NCBI RefSeq assembly: GCF_006345805.1
Contig: NC_043001.1
Location: forward strand, 21,266,001 to 21,330,000
Source of the DNA: Octopus sinensis
Taxonomy: Eukaryota
Length of the DNA stretch: 64,000 nucleotides
Direction: 5' to 3'
The position numbers were made by a program, and so were the translations under genes. The notes beneath the pieces were generated by a model, which saw only the letters and a list, made by a program, of their open reading frames with translations, was not told the DNA's origin and did not search any database. Positions 1 to 11,523 of this stretch are shown here, piece by piece (the first letter of the stretch is position 1; each line of letters starts with the position of its first letter).

Positions 1-199
1 GTGCTTGTCCCCCCAACATCGCTTGACAAACCTTGGTGGTGTGCTTACGTCCCAGTAACTTAGCAGTTCGGCAAAAGAGATCAATAGAATAAGTACTAGG
101 CTTACAAAGAATAAGTCCTAGGGTTGATTTGCTCGACTAAAGGCAGTGCTCCAGCATGGCCACAGTCAAATGACAAACAAGTAAAAGAGTAAAAAGAGA

Positions 200-200
<1 letters not shown>
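1..200 (+). mobile_element. SINE family A, 3' half (cut by window edge)
   Basis: Matches the 3' half of full copies at 18005-18445 and 62228-62722; ends in GACTGAAACAAGTAAAAGAG tail. Confidence 0.85.
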
Positions 201-231
<31 letters not shown>

Positions 232-236
<5 letters not shown>

Positions 237-405
237 TAATCCAAACAAGAAAACACAAAAAAACACAGCAACGCAAGGACGTGGAACAAATAAAGTATTA
301 TTGGACGCTCAGGAAAGAAGGGAAGAAGGAGGGTTTAACGTTTCGAGCAGAGCTCTTCGTCGGAAACATAGGAGAAGGAAAGATCCCGATAAGGGAAGAC
401 AGAGG

Positions 406-436
<31 letters not shown>

Positions 437-470
437 GCTGGCGGTGCTCATGAGGTCACAACACACACAC
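232..470 (-). mobile_element. Family F non-autonomous repeat, Penelope-like terminus with minimal hammerhead motif
   Basis: Homologous to 1300-1480 and 31830-32030; abuts (TA)n; contains the motif at 333-367. Confidence 0.6.
333..367 (-). ncRNA. Minimal type I hammerhead-like motif (core variant CCGACGA)
   Basis: Minus strand GTTT-CCGACGA-A-GAGC tct GCTC-GAA-ACGT-T-AAAC: stem I GTTT/AAAC, stem II GAGC/GCTC, palindromic stem III ACGT. Confidence 0.55.
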
Positions 471-1299
471 ACGAGTGAGTGGACAAATGAAAGAAGGGCA
501 CAACACATTTATTGGGAGTTTCATGTATGGATCAAAACAGTTTGATTTAAATTTGTTGGTACTCCGAGTTCCAAGTGTGATGCTAATCTTCAACCATTTT
601 GAATTCGAATGAGAGAAGTTGATTGTTATTACCATAAGGTGGGCTGCGATTGGTCGAAGAATGTTATGCGGTGTTGTGGTTTGATGCTGGTATACCAGCA
701 ACAACAGTTACTCCTCAGTGAATATGGGAGTGGTTGTCTCTCCATTAGTGAATGTCTGACCAACAGTTTGCAGTGCAGAGACAACCACTAACATACTCAC
801 TGAGGAATATTCAAATACCTCCAAGTAACTGTTGTTACTGATATACCAACATCAAACTGCAATGCCGCGTGACCTTCCTATGCTTGCGTTTGTCCTTCAC
901 CACTGCTTGAAAACCAGTGTTGGTATGTTTATGTCCCTATATTTTACCAGTTCAGCAAGAGATCAATAGAATAAGTATTAGGCTTAAAAAACAGCAAAAA
1001 AGTCCTGGGGTCAAATTGTTTGACTAAAACCCTTCAAGGCAGTGCCACAGCATGGCTGCAGTCAAATGACAGAAACAAGTAAGAGATAAAAGATTCAGCC
1101 CTGGGCTAACCAAAGCCTTCTGAGGGGATTTGGTAGAAGGAAGCTTAAAGAAATCAGTCATATGTATGTGTAAGTATATATCATGTAAACGACCACACTA
1201 TTGGGTGTTATACATCACAGGTCATACTTTGCATTGTTTTAGCTTTTGAATGATTCCACCCCGCTGGCAAGGCAAGCAGGCCAGTGTATATATATACAT

Positions 1300-1480
1300 A
1301 GGGAGAATTCACAAAAAAAAAAAACAAAGGATGAAGACAGGTGGTGTAGACAATAAACAGATGTATTAGTATAGTGCTCGGGAATTGAAAAAGTATTTAA
1401 CGTTTCGAGCCTATGCTCTTCCACAGAAAGAAACAAGGAGAGAAAATAAAGAATGTGTAGTGGCTAGCGCTCTATCATGG
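1300..1480 (-). mobile_element. Family F copy 2 (decayed)
   Basis: Minus strand CTGTGGA-A-GAGC atag GCTC-GAAACGTTAAA at about 1396-1429; flanks homologous to 232-470. Confidence 0.55.
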
Positions 1481-1484
1481 CGAA

Positions 1485-1769
1485 ATATATCTATATATAT
1501 TTATATACGAATACACATACATGAATATATTTTTATATATGTATACATACACACACACACATAATACATAAATATATTTTTTTATATGTATACTCACACA
1601 CACACATGCATATATACATACATAAATATATTTTTAAATACGTATACACACACATACATATACGCATACATAAATATATTTTTAAATACGTATACACACA
1701 CATACATATACGCATACATAAATATATTTTTATATACGTATACACACACATACATATACATATATTTTT
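1485..1769. repeat. TA/CA-derived minisatellite (about 40-48 bp units); resumes at 2772-2930
   Basis: Repeated TATACACACACATACATATAC...ATATATTTTT units on both sides of the 1770-2771 insertion. Confidence 0.85.
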
Positions 1770-1897
1770 ATATAACGATTTAGGAGTGACCCCAACAGGT
1801 CACTCGTCCACCAGAAAGAGCAGCCATAACTCACACCGCCAAGTATTATTAATTCAGAAATTAGGTGAAAATTTAAAAACATTTACCCTAATTCATC

Positions 1898-1997
1898 CTT
1901 TTAGACGTTGCAACGTTTCTGTGTCATTAATGATTAAATTAGCTTAATTAAATTAAATTAAGCCAATCTACCATAGGTTACACTTCATCAGTAAAAG
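1898..1997 (-). ncRNA. Type I hammerhead ribozyme (inverted copy)
   Basis: Reverse complement of 2443-2542. Confidence 0.7.
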
Positions 1998-2442
1998 ACC
2001 TGGGAGAGACAAATATACACGAGGCGTCTGTATTGATGCCTACGGGATATCTGACTTAAAATTTTCAAGATTGAATTAGGGTAAATGTTTTTAAATTTTC
2101 ACCTAATTTCTGAATTAATAATACTTGGCGGTGTGAGTTATGGCTGCTCTTTCTGGTGGACGAGTGACCTGTTGGGGTCACTCCTAAATCGTTATATTTA
2201 TATATTTAGTCGATGACTATTTTCTCTTTTTCACCAGGCCGCTGGTTGCGATAATTTCTATTGAATTTTTTTGCTACCCTAAATTGACTATTGATAATTT
2301 TCTGAATAATTCTGAGATTGAATCGGCAGTTTATATTTACTGTTGATAAGTTTGGCGCGAATACGTCAATCTTGAAAATTTTAAGTCAGATATCCCGTAG
2401 GCATCAATACAGACGCCTCGTGTATATTTGTCTCTCCCAGGT

Positions 2443-2542
2443 CTTTTACTGATGAAGTGTAACCTATGGTAGATTGGCTTAATTTAATTTAATTAAGCTA
2501 ATTTAATCATTAATGACACAGAAACGTTGCAACGTCTAAAAG
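2443..2542 (+). ncRNA. Type I hammerhead ribozyme, predicted cleavage after C2536 (GUC)
   Basis: Stem I CTTTTA(2443-48)/TAAAAG(2537-42); CTGATGA 2449-55; stem II GTGT/ACAC closing a large domain; GAAA 2521-24; palindromic stem III ACGTTGCAACGT; C17. Confidence 0.75.
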
Positions 2543-3039
2543 GATGAATTAGGGTAAATGTTTTTAAATTTTCACCTAATTTCTGAATTAATAATACTTG
2601 GCGGTGTGAGTTATGGCTGCTCTTTCTGGTGGACGAGTGACCTGTTGGGGTCACTCCTAAATCGTTATATTTATATATTTAGTCGATGACTATTTTCTCT
2701 TTTTCACCAGGCCGCTGGTTGCGATAAATTTCTATTGAATTTTTTTGCTACCCTAAATTGACTAATTGATATATTTTTATATATATATACACACACACAT
2801 ACATATACATATATTTTTATATATATATACACACACATACATATACATATATTTTTATATATATATACACACACATACATATACATATATTTTTATATAT
2901 ATATACACACACATACATACATGTATATATGTAAAGGTAAATGGAGCAGATAAAATCCAGACATTCAAAACTAGGGAACAGAGTAGATGTATATGTGTGT
3001 GTGTGCATGTGCGCGTGCGTGTGAGAGGTGAATGTGTGT

Positions 3040-3306
3040 GTGTGTGTGTGTATGTGTGCAGAAGTGTCTCCTTATCTTGACATTGCATGATAGTTGTATG
3101 TGAGTGTCATCATCATACAAGCAGTGTCCATTTCCAATCTTTCACGAAAACAAGTCTGACCATGGGGAAATATCACCTCATTTGGAAACAAACGAGAGTT
3201 AGCAACAGGGAAGGCATCTGACTGTAAAAAAATCCACCTCAACAAATTCCATCCAGCCAATGCGAGCATGGAAAAGAGGATGTTAAAACGATGATGATAA
3301 TGATGA
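3040..3306 (+). mobile_element. SINE 3' portion with RTE-type tail and (GAT)n end
   Basis: Tail CATGGAAAAGAGGATGTTAAAACGATGATG resembles family D tail; related pieces at about 16830-16990 and 29700-29910. Confidence 0.55.
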
Positions 3307-3569
3307 TGTTTATATTTGTGTTATGCTAAGAAATACATAAAATGGTTTCCTCTTGGCTTTCTACAAGGATAGGTTTCAGCTGAACTTAGATTTCATGGGA
3401 TGTCAAATATGCTAACTACTATATGTTTTCTAAATTTATAACTGTAATGGCAGCTCATTCTACTTTCAGTTTTTAGTGATTGTATTGAGGGTAGGGTAGT
3501 CTAGCTTTTCTGTTGTATGTTTGGTGCAGTTACCTAACATGAGTTTAAGGTGTGTGACTGTCTAGTTTG

Positions 3570-4075
3570 TCATCATCATCATCGTCATCGCTTTACATCC
3601 GCTTTCCATGCTAGCATGGGTTGGACGATTTGACTGAGGACTGGTGAACCAGATGGCTGCACCAGGCTCCAATCTTGATCTGGCAGAGTTTCTACAGCTG
3701 GATGCCCTTCCTAACACCAACCACTCCGAGAGTGTAGTGGGTGCTTTTATGTGCCACCGGCATGAGGGCCAGTCAGGCGATACTGGCAGTGGCCACACTC
3801 AAATGGCGCTTTTTACGTGCCACCTGCACAATAGCCAGTCCAGCAGCACTGGCAACGACCTTGCTTGAATGTTTTTTCACATGCCACCAGCACAAGTGCT
3901 AGTAGGCGATGCAGGTAACGATTACGCTCGAATGGTGTTTTTAACGTGCCATCGGCACAAAGGCCAGTTGTTGCTCTGGCAACGATCTCACTCTTATGGT
4001 TCTCTTAGCGCTCCACTAGCACGGATGCCAGTCATCGAATTTGATTTCGATTTCACTTGCCTCAACAAGGCAGAG
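3570..4075 (-). mobile_element. Family D retroelement (RTE-type tail, internal ~67-bp minisatellite)
   Basis: Starts (ATC)n...CGCTTTCCATGCTAGCATGGGTTGGACG; tandem GTGCCACC units; homologous to 9778-10340, 22870-23400, 24575-25020. Confidence 0.8.
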
Positions 4076-4099
4076 TTTAGTATCTTTTGTTGGTAAGTG

Positions 4100-4600
4100 C
4101 ACATGAATATTGAGGAAGTATTTGAAAGGTTTTGTGTGGCTACTTGGGAGATTTTAGAAGGAGCCGAATATTTTGCTTAAAAACAGTTATTAAGAATATC
4201 ATTTCAGGAATTCAAGCTCTTCCCATCTTCAGCCAAAGATGACAATTTCTGCAGTTACCATGTCCATAACTACTCACAAAAGCAAGAATAAAACAGGTTA
4301 TATTAAAGGTACACTCAATAGTTTCTCTCAAATTCCAAATATCTCAAAAGCACACATTGAAAATTTCTTGTTCAAGATGACCAACAAATATCTGTGCAAG
4401 TAATGTCTCACCTTAAAGTTCACTTACTGTTGCTTACTCTGATGTACAAACTTGGTTGAGAATCATTATCCAACTCTATCTTGGGGCAAAATACTAAAGG
4501 ATTTAAGAAACTAACTGCAGAAACTCCTTATTTCTGAATATACGAACATTCAAGTTGAAAAGTGGATTATACCACAGAATTTTCCTTGTTTACATTGAAA
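4100..4600 (-). pseudogene. Penelope-like element ORF remnant (linker plus GIY-YIG C-terminal region)
   Basis: Minus translation RKILWYNPLFNLNVRIFRNKEFLQLV and DIWNLRETIECTFNITCFILAFVSSYGHGNCRNCHL resembles the recalled PLE motifs RKIIWFNPPFS..FL and YIW.LK....W.I....Y....C.LC; stops and frameshifts. Confidence 0.65.
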
Positions 4601-4944
4601 GTTTACGATTCAACTGTTAACACACACACACACACCTTATTAAAACAGTGAGTCTAATAACATTTTGTTTTATTCACGAACAAGAAAGGAACTGATGAAC
4701 AAGAATAGAGGCAGTCTTTATATCACTATTGGCAGAGGAAATTGTGTTAAGTGCTGATGGTGATGCTGATAATGATGACAAATAATGAAATGGAAATGAA
4801 GTTAGAGTACAAGAGGAGATAAAACAATATATAAGTAGAAAGATGGGATTGGTATGATAATGGTTGTGGTGGCGGAAGTAAGAAAATTGGGGAAGAAGAT
4901 GAAGTGTGTGTGTGAGTGATGAAGAGGATAGTAATATATACATA

Positions 4945-5058
4945 TATATCACCGTGACCGACCAGGCTATCAGATGTTGCTACACATCGCTGGTCACAAT
5001 GCGCTTTGCATTGTTTTAGCCTTCAAATGACGTAACCCCGCTGGCTAAGCGAGCAAGT

Positions 5059-5062
<4 letters not shown>
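4945..5062 (-). mobile_element. SINE family E, 3' fragment
   Basis: GTGACCGACCAGGCTATCAGATGTTGCTACACATCGCTGGTCACAATGCG matches 57614-57912; flanked by (TA)n. Confidence 0.8.
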
Positions 5063-5092
<30 letters not shown>

Positions 5093-5556
5093 CTGTATAT
5101 GTATGTATACATATATATTATTGAGACATTACAAAATGTCATACATTTTGGTCAAGTTTTTTCTACTGCAGCCTTGGACTGACCAATGTCTTGCAAATGG
5201 AATAGATAAGCAGAAACTGTACAGAAGCCCACCATGTGTGTGTGTGTGTGTGAATATTTACTTTCCTCGTTTCATATGAAAAGTATTGAACTGTAGATGG
5301 TGAAGTTTTGTTGACACTTCCTGGCCACAAACATCATCTAGTTCTGTGCTTTTGAAGACATCATCATCATCATATGTTCATTTCTATGCTGGCATTAGTC
5401 ATTAACAAGATCTGGAGAGCTGCAAGGCCACATCCAGCTCTAATTGCTTGTTTTGGCATGGTTTCTATGGCTGGATGTCCTTCCCAACACCAACCACTTT
5501 GAAGAGAGCAATGGGTGCTTCTTTTGTAACACTGGCACTGGTGAAATTGCCATGTA

Positions 5557-5561
<5 letters not shown>

Positions 5562-5640
<79 letters not shown>
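5562..5640. repeat. (GA)n microsatellite
   Basis: Direct reading. Confidence 0.95.
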
Positions 5641-5641
<1 letters not shown>

Positions 5642-6369
5642 AAGAAAAGGAAAAAGCTTCCACTACTAAGAAGGGGAGGTGGATGGCTTTATGCTAGGAG
5701 TTGAAAGGCTAAAGTATGGTAGAAGGGCAAGCACAGGTGTCTAGCAGTAGATGAGATGCATAGCTGAAGGAGATAAAAGGAGAGTAGTAACAGGGTACTA
5801 GAACAAATTCTCAAGGTACATGAGTGAGCATAAGATGGACTGGATCATGGGAATGGATGAGAGCATGGACACTTTCATAAGCTGGTGAGAGGTGAGTGAC
5901 AAATGATGGGGGTAGGGGTGAATATAGTAAGTGATGAACAAGGGTGGAGGTGCAGTTGAAGGGAAATACAAGCATGGGGAGGAGTAAGATGAGAGATATA
6001 AGAGTGGCTTAGGAACAAAGGGAGGTGTTAAGCATGGAGTAGAGCAGAGTGGAGAGAAACAGTGGCCGGAGGACCAGCAAGGTGATTGATAGAAATAGTA
6101 TGGACAGGGATGATAAGGAGGGATGGAAGTAGTTCATGGAAAGTGACATAACCACCAGAAGGGACCAGATGTTATATGTTGATTATAGCAACTGAGTAGG
6201 ATCATAGATGGGGGAATGATAGGTGCTAGGAGATGAGAAATGAGAGAAATGCTTGATGGGGCAGAGGGAGGAGAGTGGGAAGGGCCCCATGCATACAAGC
6301 ACATACAAGTGGTTCAAGGACTTCGTTTTTGCTCTGATGGAAGGGTCTTTTTGAGCATAGAAAATCACC

Positions 6370-6620
6370 AATTATCTCCATCCTCTGTCATCTCAGCAAC
6401 AACCTTTAATATTTCATGCCATGTCTTCTCAGGTGTCCTTCTGCCGCAAGTTCTATCTACTTTAAGCAAGCAGCACTTTTTATGCAACTGTCCTTATCCA
6501 TATGCATCACACAACCAAACCAGCACACTACATCCAATTCTGCATATACCTAACTTTTCTTTCACTACATTAGCACTTTGACCTACATGCACACTGACAC
6601 TGCACATCTAACGGATAGTT
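6370..6620 (-). pseudogene. RTE-clade LINE C-terminal remnant
   Basis: Minus translation VKEKLG...WFGCVMHMDKDSCIK...GRRTPEKTW resembles the RTE WYGHV.RM...RGRP.KTW motif. Confidence 0.55.
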
Positions 6621-6724
6621 CTCTGAAAAATTTCCTCGTCTGCTTATTATAACCTTTAGATGCAATAAGAATATGAGAACTATAAACCACTAACCTCCAA
6701 TCCCAATAAAAAAATTCTACAAGT

Positions 6725-7115
6725 AGGTGCAAGAGTGGCTGTGTGGTACGTAGCTTGCTTACCAACCACACAGTTCCGGGTTCAGTCCCACTGAGTGGGA
6801 CATTGGGCAAGTGTCTTCTACTATAGCCTCGGGCCGACCAAAGCCTTGTGAGTGGATTTGGTAGACGGAAACTGAAAGAAGCCCGTCGTCTATATATATA
6901 TGTGTGTGTGTTTGTGTGTCTGTGTTTGTCCCCCACCAACATCGCTTGACAACCGATACTGGTGTGTTTACATCCCCGTTACTTAGCGGTTTGGCAAAAG
7001 AGACCGATAGAATAAGTACTAGGCTTACAAAGAGTAAGTCCTGGGGTTGATTTGCTCGACTAAAAAAAAAAGGCGGTGCTCCAGCATGGCCGCAGTCAAA
7101 TGACTGAAACAAGTA
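6725..7115 (+). mobile_element. SINE family A, full length
   Basis: tRNA-like head with A box TGGCTGTGTGG and B box GGTTCAGTCCC, CCTTGGGCAAGT-like segment, internal TA/TG microsatellite, AAGTAA tail. Confidence 0.9.
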
Positions 7116-7899
7116 AGTAAACCATTGTGTAACAACATGAGTCAAGTTAATTCCATTACAAATAACAGAAATGTTATGATTTATACAGATAGTGAGACCA
7201 GTAAAGATTCCCATTTCATGTACACAACAGAATGCAAAGACAACTTGATTTGTGTAGGTTGCACATCAGAAAAATGAAAAAATTCAATGGGCATCAAGGT
7301 GTGACATCAAGTACAATAACTGTAGTTTGACAGAAGTTGGACATTTTAAATCAAACAGCAGTAAATTTTGAGGAACACCTGAAAGTACACACTCTCAACC
7401 CTCAAAACATGTGAGGATAAATATATTTGTGAATCACTAATATCACACCTGGAAGAATTAACAAAATGACAGAATTCCATCACATTTACACAAAACGTTT
7501 TGACTAAATGTTCTCTTCCCTGCTTTTTTCTTTCTCTAGTTATGAAAAAGCAAAAATTGATGACAGTTTTTATCTAGAAAGGAATGCAAGATATTCCAGT
7601 TCAAATTCTGAATTTCTGTGTATATTTCGTTTTGAGTTTAAGGAAGACAGACATACTGTTGAAATGTTCAATTCAATAAAAAGAGTCAAACTTTATTACA
7701 AATCATATTCTGCTTTTCTTATTGTGTATTTACCACCGTGAAGAGTCACAAATCTTCATAAACCAATAATAATAATGATGAGAGTGGGGACATGATAGGA
7801 ATAGTGAATATGACACAGAAACAATATATATATATATATAATGTATGTGTGTGTATGTATATATATATATGTATGTATATGTATGTATGTATGTATATC

Positions 7900-8160
7900 G
7901 TGGAGGCACATGGCTTAGTGGTTAGGGTGTCAGCATCATGATCGTAAGATTGTGGTTTCGATTCCTGGACCGGGCGATGCGTTGTGTTGTGTTCTTGAGC
8001 AAAACACTTCATTTCACGTTGCTCCAGTTCATTCAGCTGGCAAAAATGAGTAAAGCTGCAATGGACTGGCGTCCTGTCCAGCTGGGGAACACATACACCA
8101 TTGAAACTGGGAAATCGGGCCCATGAGCCTGGCTAGGCTATAAAAGGGCGCATTTATTTT
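7900..8160 (+). mobile_element. SINE family C (tRNA head; GATGGACTGGCGTCCTGTCCAG-like central domain)
   Basis: A box TGGCTTAGTGG, B box GTTTCGATTCC, then GTTCTTGAGCAAAACAC; head shared with 20430-20770 and 55395-55700. Confidence 0.75.
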
Positions 8161-8425
8161 TTAGATGTGTGTGTATATATATATATATATAGTATTCAGG
8201 ATGTCATCCTCATAAGAGATTAATATATTAAAAATTTCACTGGTTTAATCTACAACTCGTTTGAGGGAAGTCTTGACGATATGTATAGGATTATTATAAG
8301 TATTATTCAATAAAAGTTGAGAAAATGGAAAGCCGGTAACGATGTAAATTAATCTATTAACATAGTTCCAAGGTAAAAACTGAATACAAATAAATTTTTT
8401 TAAAAACCTGTCAAAAGCAATATAT

Positions 8426-8464
<39 letters not shown>

Positions 8465-9231
8465 CACAGATTGCATGGCACCTTAGGCAAGTTTTTTCTA
8501 CTACAGCTTCGAGTCGACAAAAGCCTTACGAGTGGATTTGGTAGATGGAAACTGAAAGAAGCCTGCGATGTGTATATTTGTGTGCGTTCCCCCATTATTA
8601 CTTGACAACTGGTGTTGGTGTGTTTACATCCTTGTAACTTGGCAGTTCAGCAATAGAGACTGATAGAATAAGTGCTAGGCTTTTAAAAAAAATTATGTCC
8701 TCCGGTCGATTTGTTTGACTAAAATCCTTCAAAGCGGTGCTCCAGCATGGCCACAGTCTAATGGCTAAAACAAGTAAAAGATAAATACATACACACGCCC
8801 AATATATAATAGCTGTGTTAATATAATAATGTGGCAGATACCTAATTAAAGTGACGTGTTAAAGGAAATTAGAGGTAGTGATAAACTTTCTTGATTGAAG
8901 TGTTTTCCAAATTTGGAATGGGTAACAGAAGCAAAAGAAAACACGTGGAGAAAGTTCATAGGTAGAAATATAAGTAAATATACAAAAGAATTACATGAGG
9001 CAGTTAATAATACATAAATGATAAATGCGTGATAGATAAATGATAATTAGATAAACAATCATGCTAGCCGTGTGGTGGGAGTAAATGTAGATAAGTGAGA
9101 GTTATATATAGATAGATGAAAGTGCAACAGTAGGAAAATTAATATATAAAGTATATATATATGAGGTGTAAAAAAAAAAAGTTGCAGAATAAAGTGAAGA
9201 TTGCAGGTTATTACTTTAAAGAAAAGGGTTA

Positions 9232-9680
9232 AAGGCAGTGAGCTGGCAGAAATGTTAGCACGTTGGGCGAAATACGTAGCCGTATTTCGTCTGCTGCCAT
9301 GTTCTGAGTTCAAATTCCGCCGAGGTCGACTTTGCCTTTCATCCTTTCAGGGTTGATTAAATAAGTACCAGTTATGCACTGGGGTAGATATAATCGACTT
9401 AATCCGTTTGTCTGTCCTTGTTTGTCCCCTCTATGTTTAGCCCCTTGTGGGCAGTAAAGAAATAAGAAACGTTAGCACGCCGGGCAAAATGCTTAGCGCT
9501 ATTTTGACTGTCTTTACGTTGAGTTCAAATTCCGCCGAGGTCCACTTTGCCTTTCATCCTTTCGGGGTTGATTAAATAAGTACCAGTTACGCACTGGGGT
9601 CGATATAATCAACTTAATCTGTTTGTATGTCCTTGTTTGTCCCCTCTGTATTTAGCCCCTTGTGGGTAGTAAAGAGATAG
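9232..9680 (+). mobile_element. SINE family B, tandem pair
   Basis: GGCAGTGAGCTGGCAGAA head, GAGTTCAAATTCC B box, TTTCATCCTTTCGGGG core; second unit starts at AGAAACGTTAGC near 9465. Confidence 0.85.
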
Positions 9681-9777
9681 AAAATGGTTAAAGTCTTTAA
9701 TTGGGGTGGTCAGTATGTTTGTTGGATGCTGCTGTGTAAAATGAATCAAAGTGATGGTCAGATTGAAACAAACTAAT

Positions 9778-10340
9778 CATCACCATCGTCGTTTAATGTC
9801 TGTCTGCTTTCCATGCTGTCATGGGTTGGATGGTTTGACTGAGGACTGGCAAGCCAGAAGGCTGCACTAGGCTCAAATTTGATCTGGCAGAGTTTCTACA
9901 GCTGGATGCCTTTCCTAATGCTGACCACTCCGAGAGTGTAGCGGGCACTTTTTATGTGCCACTGGCATTGACCACGCTTGAATGGTGCATTTTACGTGCC
10001 ACCGGCACGGGAGCCAGTCAAGCAGCACTGACAACGACCATGCTCAAATGGTGCTTTTAATGTGCCACTGGCACGAGACCAGTCAGCCAGCACTGGCATC
10101 AACCACACTTGAATGGTGCTTTTTATGTGTCACCGGCATGGGAGCCAGTCAAGAGGCACTGGCAATGATCACACTCAAATGGTGCTTATTATGTGCCACC
10201 GGTACAGGACCAGCAGGCAGCACTGGCATCAACCATGCTTGAATGGTGCTTTTTACGTTCCACCAGCATGGGTACCAATCAGGTAGTACTGTCCTCGGCA
10301 ATGACAATGATGTCGCTTGACTCAACAGGTCTTCGCAAGA
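9778..10340 (-). mobile_element. Family D with internal tandem array
   Basis: Homologous to 3570-4075; about six GTGCCAC(C/T)GGCAC-type units. Confidence 0.8.
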
Positions 10341-10399
10341 ACACAAATTACATACAACAAAGTAAGGTTATACTGACGTCAAGTTAGTATATCTTGGAA

Positions 10400-10960
10400 A
10401 TGAATTCAAGTTTTAAAAACTTTGCATTTGCAAGAAATTCTTCAAGAGTATTTATTAAGAATTTCACCTTTGGCAAATAGTATTTCCAAGCTCTTGAACA
10501 TACAAAGACTCGATGGTCAATTGTTTCTAGTATAGGATTTTGATCTGAATAAAATATTCCATTTTAGATTATAAGACAAATTTATATTTTTTCAGTTCCT
10601 AGATGAAGCAAAATAATGAGATATCATTACTTTGATTTTGGTTTCTAAAAGTAAGGGCATGTTCGTTAAAGTAGTATTTAAAAGGATCAAAAGGGAGACT
10701 AATATATGTGTTGAAGAAATTGTTAGTTTGCACAGTAGGTTTGTAAACAATATCACTATTTATGCTTTTGGAATCAAGGAGTCAAGCATTGAGGGTTTTG
10801 TGCTAAATATTCTATATTTTTGCTGTAGAAATAAATTTTTGACAAGTAATTTAAAGAAAGATTTAGCTACAGGGGTTACAAATGCAAAGTTGTATGGAGG
10901 ATTATATAGAGAAATGTTTCTTTTTCTCAAAATAGGTTTTGATTTGCATTGACATACTGT
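10400..10960 (-). pseudogene. Penelope-like element ORF remnant with GIY-YIG region
   Basis: Minus translation RKRNISLYNPPYNFAFVTPVAKSFFKLL, TYISLPFDPFKYYFNEHALTFRN, YNLKWNIL, ILNKYS..SCKC resembles recalled PLE C-terminal motifs; disrupted. Confidence 0.7.
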
Positions 10961-11411
10961 CTTGCAATCAGGAATATGTAAAAACTGAACTTCTAGTCAC
11001 AGAACAGTGAATTCCCTATTTCCACTTTCTACCTATCATCTAACTCCTGTTCTAGCTACCAAATACTGGTTCTTGCTCCCACCTTTCTTCCAACTTTTCC
11101 AAATCCATTTCTTACCTTTTATGCCTCTATCTACTGTATCATTCCACAGATCTGGTCTGTGACTCACAACGGGGTCTTGTAGCAACTCCCAGTTGAACTT
11201 GTGCAATATCAACTAGTACTTCTTTGAACTAACACCTTGCTGAAGGATCTTTTAGGTCTGATGTCTTCCATCATGAGATTGAGTTGTCTCTGATTCTGTC
11301 TAGCTCTCAGCCTGTTCACTAGTCTTTATTAAATGGTATATTATTTTCTAGGTGGCGAGCTGGCAGAAACGTTAGCACGCCAGGCGAAATGTGTAGCCGT
11401 ATTTCGTTTGC

Positions 11412-11462
<51 letters not shown>

Positions 11463-11523
11463 ATATATAACAGTTTTCACTAAAAATTGAAGTATTATGC
11501 TGTTTGTTCATCTCTTTGTATAC

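Larger units (their letters stand above)
1770..2771. mobile_element. Non-autonomous Penelope-like/retrozyme insertion: inverted arm plus partial tandem of a 473-bp unit
   Basis: 1770-2074 is the reverse complement of 2366-2670; 2072-2296 repeats 2545-2771 (I saw two 1-nt indels); no ORF; hammerhead on both strands. Confidence 0.8.

Noticed and set aside
10632-10952. Plus-strand 106-aa ORF
   Set aside because: Antisense to the Penelope-like remnant, whose motifs are on the minus strand.
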